Shown: positions 40,011-50,336 of the stretch, piece after piece
Layout of the letters: each line of letters starts with the position of its first letter
Position numbering within the stretch: position 1 is the first letter of the stretch
From: a candidate division WOR-3 bacterium
Lineage (GTDB): Bacteria; Hydrothermota; Hydrothermia; Hydrothermales; Hydrothermaceae
DNA: 61,501 nt
Direction of reading: 5' to 3'
Assembly (NCBI GenBank): GCA_965649125.1
Contig: CBFGJO010000004.1
Location: forward strand, 1 to 61,501
Program-made: the position numbers and the translations under genes
The notes under the pieces: generated by a model
Told to the model about the DNA's origin: nothing
The model's input: the letters and a program-made list of their open reading frames with translations, nothing else
Database searches by the model: none

Positions 40011-40762
40011 AAATATTTGTTCTTGTAAAAAGGGTGCCTGATACAGGTATTCCACTAAAATTAAGAAATGATAAAAAGGGTGTAGAAAAAGAAGGGGTTC
40101 CACATGTGATAAATCCTTATGATGAGTATGCAGTAGAAGCAGCACTCAGGATAAAAGAGAAAATCGGTGGGGAGGTGATAGTTTTATCCTCTGGAGAAGA
40201 AAACTCAAATGAGGTTATAAGGCATGCACTTGCGATGGGGGGTGATAGAGGTATTCTTTTGAAAACAAATGGTGAAATAGATGATTCACTCCAAGTAGGA
40301 AAGATTATAGGTGAATATCTTTTAAATGAAAAGCCCGATTTAATTCTTATGGGTAAAAAATCTGTTGATTATGATAGGGGAATTGTGCCTGCTATAATTT
40401 CTGAAATCTTAAATATCCCTTTTGTTTCCTCTGCTGTAAATATTGAAATAAAAGATTCAAAGTTTATTTTAGAAAGGGAGACAGAATATGGTGTTGAAGT
40501 TATTGAAGGGGAAGCACCTCTAATCATTACATTTGAGAAGGCAAAATTTGAGCCAAGATTCCCTTCTTTAAGAGGTGTTATGATGGCTAAGAAAAAAAAT
40601 ATTGAGATAAAAGAGATAGATAATTTACCTGAAAAAACTCTGGAGATAATAAGTTATGAACCCCCACCTGAAAGGAAAAAGGGGAGAATAATTGATCTTC
40701 CATTTCCTGAAAATGTAAAAGAACTTATAAGACTTTTAAAAGAGGAAGCAAAAGTAATATAG
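40007..40762 (+). CDS. etfB: Electron transfer flavoprotein beta subunit
   Basis: VKRVPDT, INPYDEYAVE.AL, ALAMG.D, EPRFPSL.G.M.AKKK. Confidence 0.94.
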   Translation: MKIFVLVKRVPDTGIPLKLRNDKKGVEKEGVPHVINPYDEYAVEAALRIKEKIGGEVIVLSSGEENSNEVIRHALAMGGDRGILLKTNGEIDDSLQVGKIIGEYLLNEKPDLILMGKKSVDYDRGIVPAIISEILNIPFVSSAVNIEIKDSKFILERETEYGVEVIEGEAPLIITFEKAKFEPRFPSLRGVMMAKKKNIEIKEIDNLPEKTLEIISYEPPPERKKGRIIDLPFPENVKELIRLLKEEAKVI

Positions 40763-40770
40763 GAGGTAAA

Positions 40771-41718
40771 ATGAATATAGGTGTTTTTGTTGAACATGAT
40801 GGAAAAGAATTTAAAAAGATTTCCCTTGAAATTCTTGGTGGTGCTTCAAAAATTGCTTCCGAAAAAAGTGGCAAGGTCCTTGCCTTCCTTTTTGGAAATA
40901 TAGAAAATCCTGACAGACTTTTTAAAAATGGAGCGGATAAAATATATTATTTCAAAGGGGAAAATATCTATAAGCCTCATACATTTTCAAATTTAATTAA
41001 AGAAGTTTCTGATAGAGAAAATATTAAAATATTTATGTTTGGGAGCACGATAAATGGAAGGGATCTGGCTGCAAGGGTATGTGCCAAAACATTTTCTTCT
41101 TTTGGACAGGAAGTGGTTGAAATAAAGTTTGAAAATGGTAATTTATTAATTAAAAGACCCGTTTATGCAGGAAAGGCTTATATATGGGAAAAGTTTTTAA
41201 GAGACAAAATTGTTCTTGTTATAAGACCAAATGTTTTTCAGGTGGTTCAATTAGAAAAGAAAGGGGAGATTGAAGAGAAAAACATCATAGAAGTTGAAAA
41301 AGTTAAAATTCTTGAACTAAAGCCTAAAAAAGAAGAAGAAATTGATGTCTCAGAAGCAGATATAATTGTTTCAGGAGGAAGAGGGGTTGGCTCACCTGAG
41401 GGGTTTGAACCATTAAGAAAACTTGCAAAACTTTTAAATGCGGCAGTTGGCGCATCAAGGGCTGCTGTTGATTCCGGATGGATTGAGCATTCACACCAAA
41501 TAGGTCAAACAGGGAAAACGGTTTCACCATCTTTATACATTGCCTGTGGTATTTCAGGAGCGATGCAACATATTGCTGGTATGAGAACATCAAAGGTTAT
41601 TGTTGCAATAAATAAAGATCCAAATGCACCAATTTTTGAAATAGCAGACTATGGAATAATAGGAGATTTATTTGAAATTGTTCCAGCCCTGTATGAAGAG
41701 ATAAGAAAAACGAAATGA
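40771..41718 (+). CDS. etfA: Electron transfer flavoprotein alpha subunit
   Basis: IVSGGRG, GASRAAVD.GW, QIGQTGKTV.P.LYIACGISGA.QH. Confidence 0.95.
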   Translation: MNIGVFVEHDGKEFKKISLEILGGASKIASEKSGKVLAFLFGNIENPDRLFKNGADKIYYFKGENIYKPHTFSNLIKEVSDRENIKIFMFGSTINGRDLAARVCAKTFSSFGQEVVEIKFENGNLLIKRPVYAGKAYIWEKFLRDKIVLVIRPNVFQVVQLEKKGEIEEKNIIEVEKVKILELKPKKEEEIDVSEADIIVSGGRGVGSPEGFEPLRKLAKLLNAAVGASRAAVDSGWIEHSHQIGQTGKTVSPSLYIACGISGAMQHIAGMRTSKVIVAINKDPNAPIFEIADYGIIGDLFEIVPALYEEIRKTK

Positions 41719-44441
41719 AAAAAAATTTTTTAATCTTAATAATCTTAAATCTTTTAAATGCAGATTATATTCTCCAGAAAATATGGAATGAAGGACCTGG
41801 AATTTTTTATACAAAAAATTTGACAGGTTTTTTTAAAGGTAAAAATATTGATTATTTTAAGGAAACAGGATTTAAACTTCTGGAAAATCATTTTCTTATG
41901 TTTTATCCACGAGGAATTTTTGGAAATTATGGGACTGTAAATAAGATTTTCCCGCTTAATCCGGATACAGCTTTTATCTCAATTTCCCTACCTGATACAA
42001 CAAAGATCTTCTATACATTTTTCTATAAAGGATTTTCAAAGAATCAGTATTTTAAAATTGAAGGGAATTTGAGGGACATGATAAAATTTTTAGGGAAATT
42101 ATGGATTGGAACATACGATAAAATATATTATGCATCTATTTCAAACTTTCCTCCACAGCCAGTGTTACATACATCATGGGTAAATGATTTTAAAAATTTC
42201 AGTTTGTTTCAAGGGAGTTTATATTTCGTGCAGGGAGGAAGATATGTAAGGAGATACAATTCCGGAACAAATTCATTTGAAGTCATATATACATTCAATT
42301 ATAATGAAGTCCATGAACTTTCTCATATTTTTTCAGACAGTTTTAGAATATTTATTCTTGGGAAAAAGGATAGTATATGGAAAATTTATGTTTCCTCTAA
42401 TGGTGGGTATTCTTTTTCAAGGATAAATTCCCCTCAGGATTCCTTTGGATATCCTTATAAGGGCATCTCAAAAGGTAGTGAAATTTTTATTTTGATTAAA
42501 TCACCTCCCGTAGTGTTTAAATACGATTTTTCGGATTCTTCATGGAAAAAGGTTTTAATAGGTGATGAATACACCATTTTTGAGGATATAGAAAAAGGAA
42601 AAAACGGGATTCTATATGTTCTTGCAAGGAGAACTATTTTCCCAAAAAATCTTTTGTTTTCATCTTATGATGGAAAAGAATTTTATACATGTGATACTCT
42701 TGACCCTTCTCTTCAAGGACTTAATGCAAAATGCATTTCTTATTTAGGAGATGGACACTTTTTTATAGGAACAGAGAATGAGCCCGAAATTTTGTATTCT
42801 GCAATTCCTAAAAATGCATTTTTAATCTCTTCTGTTATTCCCTTTAAAAAAGAGAATTCATATCCTGTTTATGAAAAGTTTAAAATATTTAAAAATGGTG
42901 GAGAGGTAAAATTCAAGTTGAGGACATTTTCTGATTCAATTTCACCTGATACAATTCCCTGGAATTTACTTCCTTATGCTGATTCCATAATTTTAAATTA
43001 TGAAGGGATAGATCAAGGTGAAAAATATTTTCAATATATGCTTGAAATTTCCCCAACTTCCTATATATTACCTTTTAATTTTGATTCCCTGAAAATTTTG
43101 TTTCATTATGACTCAGTTGGTCCTTATTTAATAAAAGCGATTGCTTCTGATGGTGAATATCAGGTAAATGGTAAGGATCCTGATGATAGAGTTATAATTG
43201 TATTTGATGAGCCAACAGATAAACCGCAAATAAATAAATTTAATGTTGATTCAATTTTCCCTCTTTCAAATGGTCATTCCTGGTTAAATGTATACGGAGA
43301 TTTTGGTGGAGCAGAATGGAATACCCGGGGTGATACTCTGAAAATTTTTCTTGCATATTCTGGGAATGAATACCCGAGTGTTTCAGTTGGTGATACTTTA
43401 AGAGCAAGAATAAAAGACAGGTTTGGCTTTTATAATGAGTCCTCTTGCTTAATTGAAGGAAGTTTTGATGATATTCAGGGTCCAAGGATTAAAAAAAGTA
43501 TTGCCTCTGATGGAGAAATTAAAAAAGATGGAATAGATGAAGATGATTTCCTCATAGTTATATTTGATGAAAATACGAATACACCTAATTTTGATACGAT
43601 TGACATAAATCTTGTGCTTAAACTCTCTTCTGGACACACTTTTGGAGAATATGTAAATGCAGATTGGATAACCCCTTGTTCACTTATGATAAACTTAATC
43701 CCTTCTGCAAACCCTTTAATTTATAAAGGGGATACAATATATCCATCAGGAATTTATTTAAAGGATTCGCTTGGTAACCCCGCATCTGGATTTTCAGTAA
43801 TTGAAGGAACATTTGATGAAAAAATTCCCAAGTGCGACTCAATAGTTTTATATGAAAATGATTACAAGGATTTAAACCTTGATTTTGATGATTTTGCTCT
43901 CTTTTATTTTTCAGAAGATTTAAAAATGAATATACCGGTTAAGGATTCAAACATTGATCATGCTCTAAAACTCTCAAAAAACCATACCTGGGTTTCAGGA
44001 AGTGGTAAACTCGGTGAAATTATATTTAATAAAAATATTTTAATAATCTTTTTTGATTTTGAAATTTCCCATCCATCAGTTTCTCCTGGTGATACTGTTT
44101 ATATAAATCCTCTGTATTTTTCTGATTATGGAGGTAATTCATTATGTGATACGAATATTATAATTTATAGAAGCGGGATTAAGCCTCTGGGTGAATTAAT
44201 TAGAATCTCTGAAAGAAAGTTTATAAGTCCTTTATTTAAAAAATATATTGTTTTTGAGGAGAATTTGGAAGATGTTGAGATAAAAGTATACGATGTTGCA
44301 GGAAGATGTATAGATAGGTTAAAATTAAAATTTGTGAAAAAGAGCGAGAAAGTTAAAATTGAAAAAGCTAAAAAAGGAGTTTATTTTTTTGAGATAAAAA
44401 TAAAAGATAAAAAAGAAATTTATAAGAAGATTTTATTATGA
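41715..44441 (+). CDS. Large secreted protein: propeller-like N-terminal region, three ~115-120-aa Ig-like repeats, T9SS-type C-terminal domain
   Basis: Signal peptide; repeats start near 43110, 43470 and 43815; tail KVYDVAGR...KGVYFFEI. Confidence 0.75.
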   Translation: MKKNFLILIILNLLNADYILQKIWNEGPGIFYTKNLTGFFKGKNIDYFKETGFKLLENHFLMFYPRGIFGNYGTVNKIFPLNPDTAFISISLPDTTKIFYTFFYKGFSKNQYFKIEGNLRDMIKFLGKLWIGTYDKIYYASISNFPPQPVLHTSWVNDFKNFSLFQGSLYFVQGGRYVRRYNSGTNSFEVIYTFNYNEVHELSHIFSDSFRIFILGKKDSIWKIYVSSNGGYSFSRINSPQDSFGYPYKGISKGSEIFILIKSPPVVFKYDFSDSSWKKVLIGDEYTIFEDIEKGKNGILYVLARRTIFPKNLLFSSYDGKEFYTCDTLDPSLQGLNAKCISYLGDGHFFIGTENEPEILYSAIPKNAFLISSVIPFKKENSYPVYEKFKIFKNGGEVKFKLRTFSDSISPDTIPWNLLPYADSIILNYEGIDQGEKYFQYMLEISPTSYILPFNFDSLKILFHYDSVGPYLIKAIASDGEYQVNGKDPDDRVIIVFDEPTDKPQINKFNVDSIFPLSNGHSWLNVYGDFGGAEWNTRGDTLKIFLAYSGNEYPSVSVGDTLRARIKDRFGFYNESSCLIEGSFDDIQGPRIKKSIASDGEIKKDGIDEDDFLIVIFDENTNTPNFDTIDINLVLKLSSGHTFGEYVNADWITPCSLMINLIPSANPLIYKGDTIYPSGIYLKDSLGNPASGFSVIEGTFDEKIPKCDSIVLYENDYKDLNLDFDDFALFYFSEDLKMNIPVKDSNIDHALKLSKNHTWVSGSGKLGEIIFNKNILIIFFDFEISHPSVSPGDTVYINPLYFSDYGGNSLCDTNIIIYRSGIKPLGELIRISERKFISPLFKKYIVFEENLEDVEIKVYDVAGRCIDRLKLKFVKKSEKVKIEKAKKGVYFFEIKIKDKKEIYKKILL

Positions 44442-45379
44442 AAATTTTACTTACAGGAGGAGCAGGTTTTATAGGTTCATGGGTTGCTGAAAAGTATATT
44501 GAAAATGGGTACGAAGTTTTTATTGTTGATAATTTATCAACAGGGAAAGAAAAGTTTATTCCAAAGGATGCAATTTTTTATAAAGTTGATATAAGAGATA
44601 AAGAAAATATGGAGAAAATTTTTAAGGAAAATAAGTTTGATGTTGTTAATCATCATGCAGCCCAAACATCTGTAAATGTTTCACTGGATAATCCTTATGA
44701 AGATTTTTTAAATAATGTATATGGTTCAATGGTTTTGCTTGAACTCTCAAGAAAATATGGTGTTTCAAAATTTATATTTGCTTCAACAGGAGGAGCAATA
44801 TATGGTGAACCTTTAGAAAATCCTGTTTCAGAAAAGATGCCAACTTTGCCAATCTCCCCTTATGGATTTTCAAAAATGGTTTTTGAAAAATATTTAGAGC
44901 ATTATAATAAAAAATATGGGATAAATTATATCTCTTTAAGATATGGAAATGTTTATGGACCGAGGCAGAGTCCTTTTGGGGAAGCAGGAGTAATTGCAAT
45001 ATTTGGCCACAGGATGCTTAAAAATGAAGATTGTTATATATATGGTGATGGTGAGCAGATAAGGGATTTTGTTTATGTTGAGGATGTTGCTTATGCAAAC
45101 CTTAAAGCAACCGAGTTTCTTATTAAAGAGAATAATGTTTCTATTAAAGTGAATATAGGGAGCAGTATTCCCTTAAGTGTTAATAAAATTTTTAAAATTC
45201 TGGCAGAAAAGATAAATTACAAAAAAGAGCCTGTCTATAAACCAAAAAGGGAAGGGGAGGTTTATAAAATTTATCTTGATACAAGGAAGGCAAAAGAAAT
45301 TTTAAAATGGGAAGCAAAAACAGGATTTGAAGAAGGGATTGAAAAAATAATAGAGTACTTTAAAAATGAAAGAGATTAA
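44438..45379 (+). CDS. NAD-dependent epimerase (UDP-glucose 4-epimerase-like)
   Basis: TGGAGFIGS, HHAAQ, STGGAIYG, SPYG.SK, RYGNVYGPRQ, RDFVYV. Confidence 0.92.
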   Translation: MKILLTGGAGFIGSWVAEKYIENGYEVFIVDNLSTGKEKFIPKDAIFYKVDIRDKENMEKIFKENKFDVVNHHAAQTSVNVSLDNPYEDFLNNVYGSMVLLELSRKYGVSKFIFASTGGAIYGEPLENPVSEKMPTLPISPYGFSKMVFEKYLEHYNKKYGINYISLRYGNVYGPRQSPFGEAGVIAIFGHRMLKNEDCYIYGDGEQIRDFVYVEDVAYANLKATEFLIKENNVSIKVNIGSSIPLSVNKIFKILAEKINYKKEPVYKPKREGEVYKIYLDTRKAKEILKWEAKTGFEEGIEKIIEYFKNERD

Positions 45380-46724
45380 AGAGACTCGTATAGAGCCACA
45401 CGCTATTGATATTGAGATGGCTGTTCTCGGTTCAATGATGAGTTCACAGCAGGCTCTTTATAAAGGACTTGAAATTTTGACTTCAGAGGTATTCTATCAA
45501 CCAAATCATAAAATAATATTTGAAGTTATAAAGGATATAGCAGAAGGTGTAGCAGGAATTAAGAGAATACCTGACCTTCTTACTGTTAAAGATGAACTTG
45601 AAAGAAGGGGTAAACTTGAAGAGGCAGGTGGGGCAACCTATCTTGCTACACTACTTGAAGAAGTGATAAATCCTGAATATATAGAAGAGCATGCAAAGAT
45701 AGTAATAGAGAAATTTTTATACAGAAAAACTATAGAGATATGTAATAAGGTTGTAAAGGAGTGTTATGAAGAAAAGAAGGAGGCAGAAGAAATACTTGAC
45801 GAGGCTGATGCTATGCTTTTTGGTGTAAGAGCCTATAAACTAAAAGGAGGATTTATTCATTTAAAGGACCTTTTAAAACCTTTCTTTGAGAATCTGACAC
45901 ATATAATGGAAGGAAGAGGGGTTGAACTTCCAAGTGGTTTTCATGAACTTGACCTTTTAACAACTGGTTTCCATAAAGGTGATTTTATTGTGATTGCATC
46001 AAGACCTGCTATGGGTAAGACAAGTTTTGCTTTAAATATAATGAGAAATTTAACCACTGATTTTGGTAAACCTGTAGGCTTTTTTAGTATTGAAATGCCA
46101 AAAGACCAGATTGTTCAGAGAATTTTATGTATGGAAGCAAATATTGAAATGCAAAAGTTAAGAAAAGGAGAGATAACACCTCAGGAATTTTTAAAACTCT
46201 CCGAAGCAGCGGAAAGACTTAAATCTGCACCTATTTACATTGATGATACCCCGAAGATTTCTCTTCAGGAATTAAGAGCAAAGACAAGGAGAGCATGTAA
46301 AGAATATAATCTTGCTGCTGTTTTTATTGATTTCTTACAAGTTATTGAGGCACCGAGAATGGAGACAAGACAGCAGCAGATTGCTTATATTTCCGCATCG
46401 TTAAAATCACTTGCAATGGAACTTAATATCCCTGTTATAGCGCTTGCACAACTTTCAAGAGAGGTTGAAAAAAGAGCAGATAAAAGGCCACAACTTGCAG
46501 ATTTAAGAGAATCAGGGGCAATAGAGCAGGATGCGGATATGGTGATATTCTTATTTAGAGAAGATTTTTATGAACCTTATACAGGAGAAGAAGGTATTGC
46601 AGAGATAATTGTTGGTAAAAACAGGAATGGTCCTGTAGGAACAGTTCGTTTAGGTTTTATAAAGGAATATATGAAATTTGTGAACCTCTCCTCTCTGGAA
46701 AGGCAAGATACAGAATTTCTATGA
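45366..46724 (+). CDS. dnaB: Replicative DNA helicase
   Basis: ASRPAMGKT, FSIEM, IDFLQ, LAQLSR..E.R..KRP.LADLRESGAIEQDAD, KNRNGP.G; no intein. Confidence 0.97.
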   Translation: MKEIKETRIEPHAIDIEMAVLGSMMSSQQALYKGLEILTSEVFYQPNHKIIFEVIKDIAEGVAGIKRIPDLLTVKDELERRGKLEEAGGATYLATLLEEVINPEYIEEHAKIVIEKFLYRKTIEICNKVVKECYEEKKEAEEILDEADAMLFGVRAYKLKGGFIHLKDLLKPFFENLTHIMEGRGVELPSGFHELDLLTTGFHKGDFIVIASRPAMGKTSFALNIMRNLTTDFGKPVGFFSIEMPKDQIVQRILCMEANIEMQKLRKGEITPQEFLKLSEAAERLKSAPIYIDDTPKISLQELRAKTRRACKEYNLAAVFIDFLQVIEAPRMETRQQQIAYISASLKSLAMELNIPVIALAQLSREVEKRADKRPQLADLRESGAIEQDADMVIFLFREDFYEPYTGEEGIAEIIVGKNRNGPVGTVRLGFIKEYMKFVNLSSLERQDTEFL

Positions 46725-47470
46725 AGATAATTTCTTCCTTACTTTATGAAATAGGTGGATTTGTAAATTCCTTTTTAAAAATGATTTTTTATTTAAAAGA
46801 GATTAATAAAATTAAAAAGGAAATAATATTTCAAATATATGAAATAGGTGTAAACTCCTTACCTCTTGTAATATTTATTTCAGCATTTTTAGGTATGGTT
46901 GCCTCAGTTCAAACTGCATACCAGATAAGAGATTTTGTTCCATTAATATATCTTGGCGCTGGTGTTGCTAAAGGAGTGATGATTGAACTTGGACCTGTTA
47001 TAACAGGTCTTGTTGTTACAGGGAGAGTAAGTTCTGGAATTGCAGCAGAAATTGGGACAATGAAAGTAACAGAGCAGATTGACGCACTTGAAGTTATGGG
47101 TATATCTCCATACAGGTTTTTATTTCTTCCAAGGGTTATAGCGGGTATGCTCGCATTACCAATGCTTACCATAATCTCTGATATTATTGCTATTTTATCA
47201 GGTATGTGGATTTCAAATTTCACAGGCATTGCAAATTATGAAACATTTGCAAGGGGAGCAAAACTTTTCTTTTTACCTAAGGACCTTTTTGGTGGTCTTT
47301 TTAAAGCCGGAGTATTTGGTATTATTTTATCATTTTCAGGCTCCTTTTACGGTATTGAGACAAAAGGTGGTGCACAGGGAGTTGGTATATCAGCAACAAA
47401 AGCAGTTGTGACATCCTGTCTTTTAATCCTTGTATTTGATTATTTAATCGGTGTTTTGATATACGGATGA
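46721..47470 (+). CDS. mlaE: MlaE-family ABC permease
   Basis: ELGPV.TGL...GR, AEIGTMKVTEQIDAL..MG, GGAQGVG..AT.AVV. Confidence 0.9.
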   Translation: MKIISSLLYEIGGFVNSFLKMIFYLKEINKIKKEIIFQIYEIGVNSLPLVIFISAFLGMVASVQTAYQIRDFVPLIYLGAGVAKGVMIELGPVITGLVVTGRVSSGIAAEIGTMKVTEQIDALEVMGISPYRFLFLPRVIAGMLALPMLTIISDIIAILSGMWISNFTGIANYETFARGAKLFFLPKDLFGGLFKAGVFGIILSFSGSFYGIETKGGAQGVGISATKAVVTSCLLILVFDYLIGVLIYG

Positions 47471-48189
47471 TAAAGGTAAAGGATCTTCATGTAAGTTTTG
47501 AATTTCCAGTTTTAAAAGGTGTGGATATAGATATAGAAGATAATGAATTCCTTGTTATTTTAGGGAAAAGTGGATCAGGTAAAACAGTATTCATAAAAAC
47601 AGTTGTAGGTCTTATAAAGCCTGATGAAGGAGAAATACATATAGATGATGTGAAAATTACAAATGGGGATAGCAAGGAAATATTAAAGGCAAGAAAAAAT
47701 ATTGGTTTTGTCTTTCAGGGTTCGGCTCTTTTTGACTCATTGAATGTTTTTGAAAATATTGCTTTACCTTTGAGAGAACATTTCCATTTAACAAAAAAGG
47801 AAATAGAGATGAAGGTTAAAAAATCTCTTGAACTTGTTGAACTTGAAGGAATTGAAAAACTATATCCTTCGGAACTTTCTGGTGGGATGAAGAAAAGGGT
47901 TGCACTTGCAAGGGCGATAGTTTATGAGGCTAAATATATCTTTCTTGATGAACCAACAACAGGACTTGATCCTGAAACATCCCTTAAAATAACAAAACTT
48001 TTAAAAGAATTATGGAAGAAAATAAAAGGAACATTTATAGCAGTGACCCATGATTTTGGATTTACAGAGGAGGTGGCAACAAGGATAGCATGGCTTAAGG
48101 ATGGAAAGTTTGAGTTCATTGGTGATGTGGAAAATTTTAAAAAGATAGATATGAAAGAAGTTCATGCCTATTTTATGAAAACTTTTTAA
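47467..48189 (+). CDS. mlaF: MlaF-family ABC ATPase
   Basis: GKSGSGKT, FQGSALFDSL, LSGGMKKRVALARA, DEPTTGLDP. Confidence 0.9.
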   Translation: MIKVKDLHVSFEFPVLKGVDIDIEDNEFLVILGKSGSGKTVFIKTVVGLIKPDEGEIHIDDVKITNGDSKEILKARKNIGFVFQGSALFDSLNVFENIALPLREHFHLTKKEIEMKVKKSLELVELEGIEKLYPSELSGGMKKRVALARAIVYEAKYIFLDEPTTGLDPETSLKITKLLKELWKKIKGTFIAVTHDFGFTEEVATRIAWLKDGKFEFIGDVENFKKIDMKEVHAYFMKTF

Positions 48190-48202
48190 AAAAGGAGGAA
48201 AT

Positions 48203-48499
48203 ATGGAAAGGTTTTCTATAACATCCAGAAATGTGGAAATAACAGAGGAGATGAGAGCGTATATTGAAAAAAGGTTAAAAAAAATGGAGAGGTTCAGCGG
48301 GAAAATAAATAAAGCAGAAGTAATTGTAGAAGAGCAAAGGGGGAGATATAGGTGCGAATTCCTTGTAGATGTGAACAGGAAATTTTTGAAAGCAAAGAGT
48401 ATATCAAACGATTTTTTCTATACAATTGATGAATTGAAGGAGAAGATGGAAAGACAATTGAAAAAATATGAAGAAAGACTGAAAAGAAGAAAAAGATGA
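48203..48499 (+). CDS. hpf: Ribosome hibernation promoting factor / RaiA (short form)
   Basis: I..RNVEITE.MR.Y...RL.K, ...ID....K.ERQLKKY; upstream of hprK. Confidence 0.85.
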   Translation: MERFSITSRNVEITEEMRAYIEKRLKKMERFSGKINKAEVIVEEQRGRYRCEFLVDVNRKFLKAKSISNDFFYTIDELKEKMERQLKKYEERLKRRKR

Positions 48500-49488
48500 G
48501 AGAATATAAAGTGATAATTCCAGAGTTAAAGATAAAAGAGATTTATGAGGAAAATAAACATAAATGGAAACTTGAAGTTTTATGTTCTTTTGGGTGTGAT
48601 AAAAAGGTGTCAACCCCAAATTTAAACAGGCCGGGTCTTCTTTTTGCAGGATTTGAAAAGATATTCTTATATGAGAGGATCCAGATCATAGGTGAAACAG
48701 AGCATCTTTACCTTTCCTTACTTTCTGAGAAAGAAAGAAAAGAGGCAATTGATAGGTTTGTAAAATACGATTTTCCTGCTGTGTTCATTACAAAAAATTT
48801 AAATCCCGATAAGTATCTTATTCAAAGATTGTGTGAGAGGAAAATACCCCTTATAAGAACTCCAATGGATACAACACCTTTTATGAATACTCTTTATTTT
48901 TATCTCTCTTTAAAACTTGCACCATATACAGTAATCCATGGAACACTTGTTGATGTTTACGGAGTGGGAATCCTTCTTACAGGAAGGAGTGGAATAGGTA
49001 AATCTGAATGTGCGATTGATCTTGTTGCAAGGGGTCATAGGCTTGTTGCAGATGACGGAATAAAGATAATAAAGCATCCTGATGGGTTTTTACTTGGCAG
49101 ATGTGCTCAGGAGGAAATTTATTTTAATCCCTATGTTGAGATAAGGGGAATTGGAATTGTAGATATTTTATCAATCTATGGAATAAGGGCATTAAGAGAA
49201 GCAAAAAGGATTGACCTTCAAATAAAACTTATTGATTGGAGTGAAAATCTTGATTATGAAAGAACGGGTTTGAAAGAAAATATTGAAGAGATAATGGATA
49301 TTCCACTTCCTTATATTGTTTTACCTCTAAATCCAGGTAAAAATATTGCAGTTTTAGTTGAGATTGTTGCTCTTGATTATTTACTTAAAAAAGAGGGTTA
49401 TCATTCAGCAAGATCATTATCAGAAATTTTAAAGAAAAAAATAATTGAAAAAAGAAAGGAGATAGATTTCTATAAAGAAATAGAATGA
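48496..49488 (+). CDS. hprK: HPr kinase/phosphorylase
   Basis: RPGL, RIQI.G..E, HG.LVDVYG.G.L.TG.SGIGKSE, RGHRLVADD, EIRG.GI. Confidence 0.95.
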   Translation: MREYKVIIPELKIKEIYEENKHKWKLEVLCSFGCDKKVSTPNLNRPGLLFAGFEKIFLYERIQIIGETEHLYLSLLSEKERKEAIDRFVKYDFPAVFITKNLNPDKYLIQRLCERKIPLIRTPMDTTPFMNTLYFYLSLKLAPYTVIHGTLVDVYGVGILLTGRSGIGKSECAIDLVARGHRLVADDGIKIIKHPDGFLLGRCAQEEIYFNPYVEIRGIGIVDILSIYGIRALREAKRIDLQIKLIDWSENLDYERTGLKENIEEIMDIPLPYIVLPLNPGKNIAVLVEIVALDYLLKKEGYHSARSLSEILKKKIIEKRKEIDFYKEIE

Positions 49489-50336
49489 AGAATCTTATTA
49501 TAATAACAGGAATCTCAGGAGCGGGAAAATCAACTGTTTTAAGATTTTTTGAGGATACAGGTTATTATCCTATAGATAATCTTCCTTGTAATTTAATACC
49601 ACAGGTTCTGGATACAATTGAAAAGAAAGGAAAAGGGGAAAGAAAGATTGCAATGACAATAGATATAAGGGAAGAGGAGTTCTTTGAATATTTTGAAAAA
49701 AGTCTTGAAATTTTAGAAAATAAAAATAAAAAATATACACTTATTTTTTTAGAGGCTAAAAAGGAAATAATAATGAGAAGATATGAAGAGACAAGAAGGG
49801 TTCATCCCCTTCAAAGAAGTGGATTACGATTGGATGAAGCACTTGATAGAGAAATAGAGATGCTTAAAAGTATAAAAGAAAAATCACATGTTACAATAGA
49901 TACTTCTGAGTTAAATATATGGGATTTAAGGAAAAAATTAAAAGAGATATTTGAAGAGAAGATAAAAATGCATATAGAAATTATAACTTTTGGATTTAAA
50001 TATGGTATACCGAGCCAACTTGACCTTTTATTTGATGTAAGGTTTTTACCAAATCCCCATTATGTAGAAGATCTTAAAAAATTGAACGGGAAAGATGAAA
50101 AAGTAAAGGAATTTATAATGAGTAAAAAGGAGAGCATAGAGTTTATAAATAAACTCAAAGAAATGTTTAACTTTCTTTTACCTCTTTATGAAAAAGAAGG
50201 AAAGGTTTATCTTCTGGTAGGATTTGGATGCACAGGTGGAACCCATAGGTCAGTTGTAATAGGAGAAGAGATTAAAAATTTCTTTGAAGAAAAAGGATAC
50301 GGTGTCAGTATAAATCATAGAGATATAAATAGATGA
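49485..50336 (+). CDS. rapZ: RNase adapter RapZ / YvcJ P-loop protein
   Basis: TGISGAGKS, IDNLP, ETRR.HPL, FGFKYG.P, DVRFLPNP, GCTGG.HRSV. Confidence 0.95.
   Translation: MKNLIIITGISGAGKSTVLRFFEDTGYYPIDNLPCNLIPQVLDTIEKKGKGERKIAMTIDIREEEFFEYFEKSLEILENKNKKYTLIFLEAKKEIIMRRYEETRRVHPLQRSGLRLDEALDREIEMLKSIKEKSHVTIDTSELNIWDLRKKLKEIFEEKIKMHIEIITFGFKYGIPSQLDLLFDVRFLPNPHYVEDLKKLNGKDEKVKEFIMSKKESIEFINKLKEMFNFLLPLYEKEGKVYLLVGFGCTGGTHRSVVIGEEIKNFFEEKGYGVSINHRDINR

Noticed and set aside
46721-48189. mlaE-mlaF without an adjacent mlaD
   Set aside because: Split mla loci are common and this genome's operons are generally shuffled; not informative without the rest of the genome.
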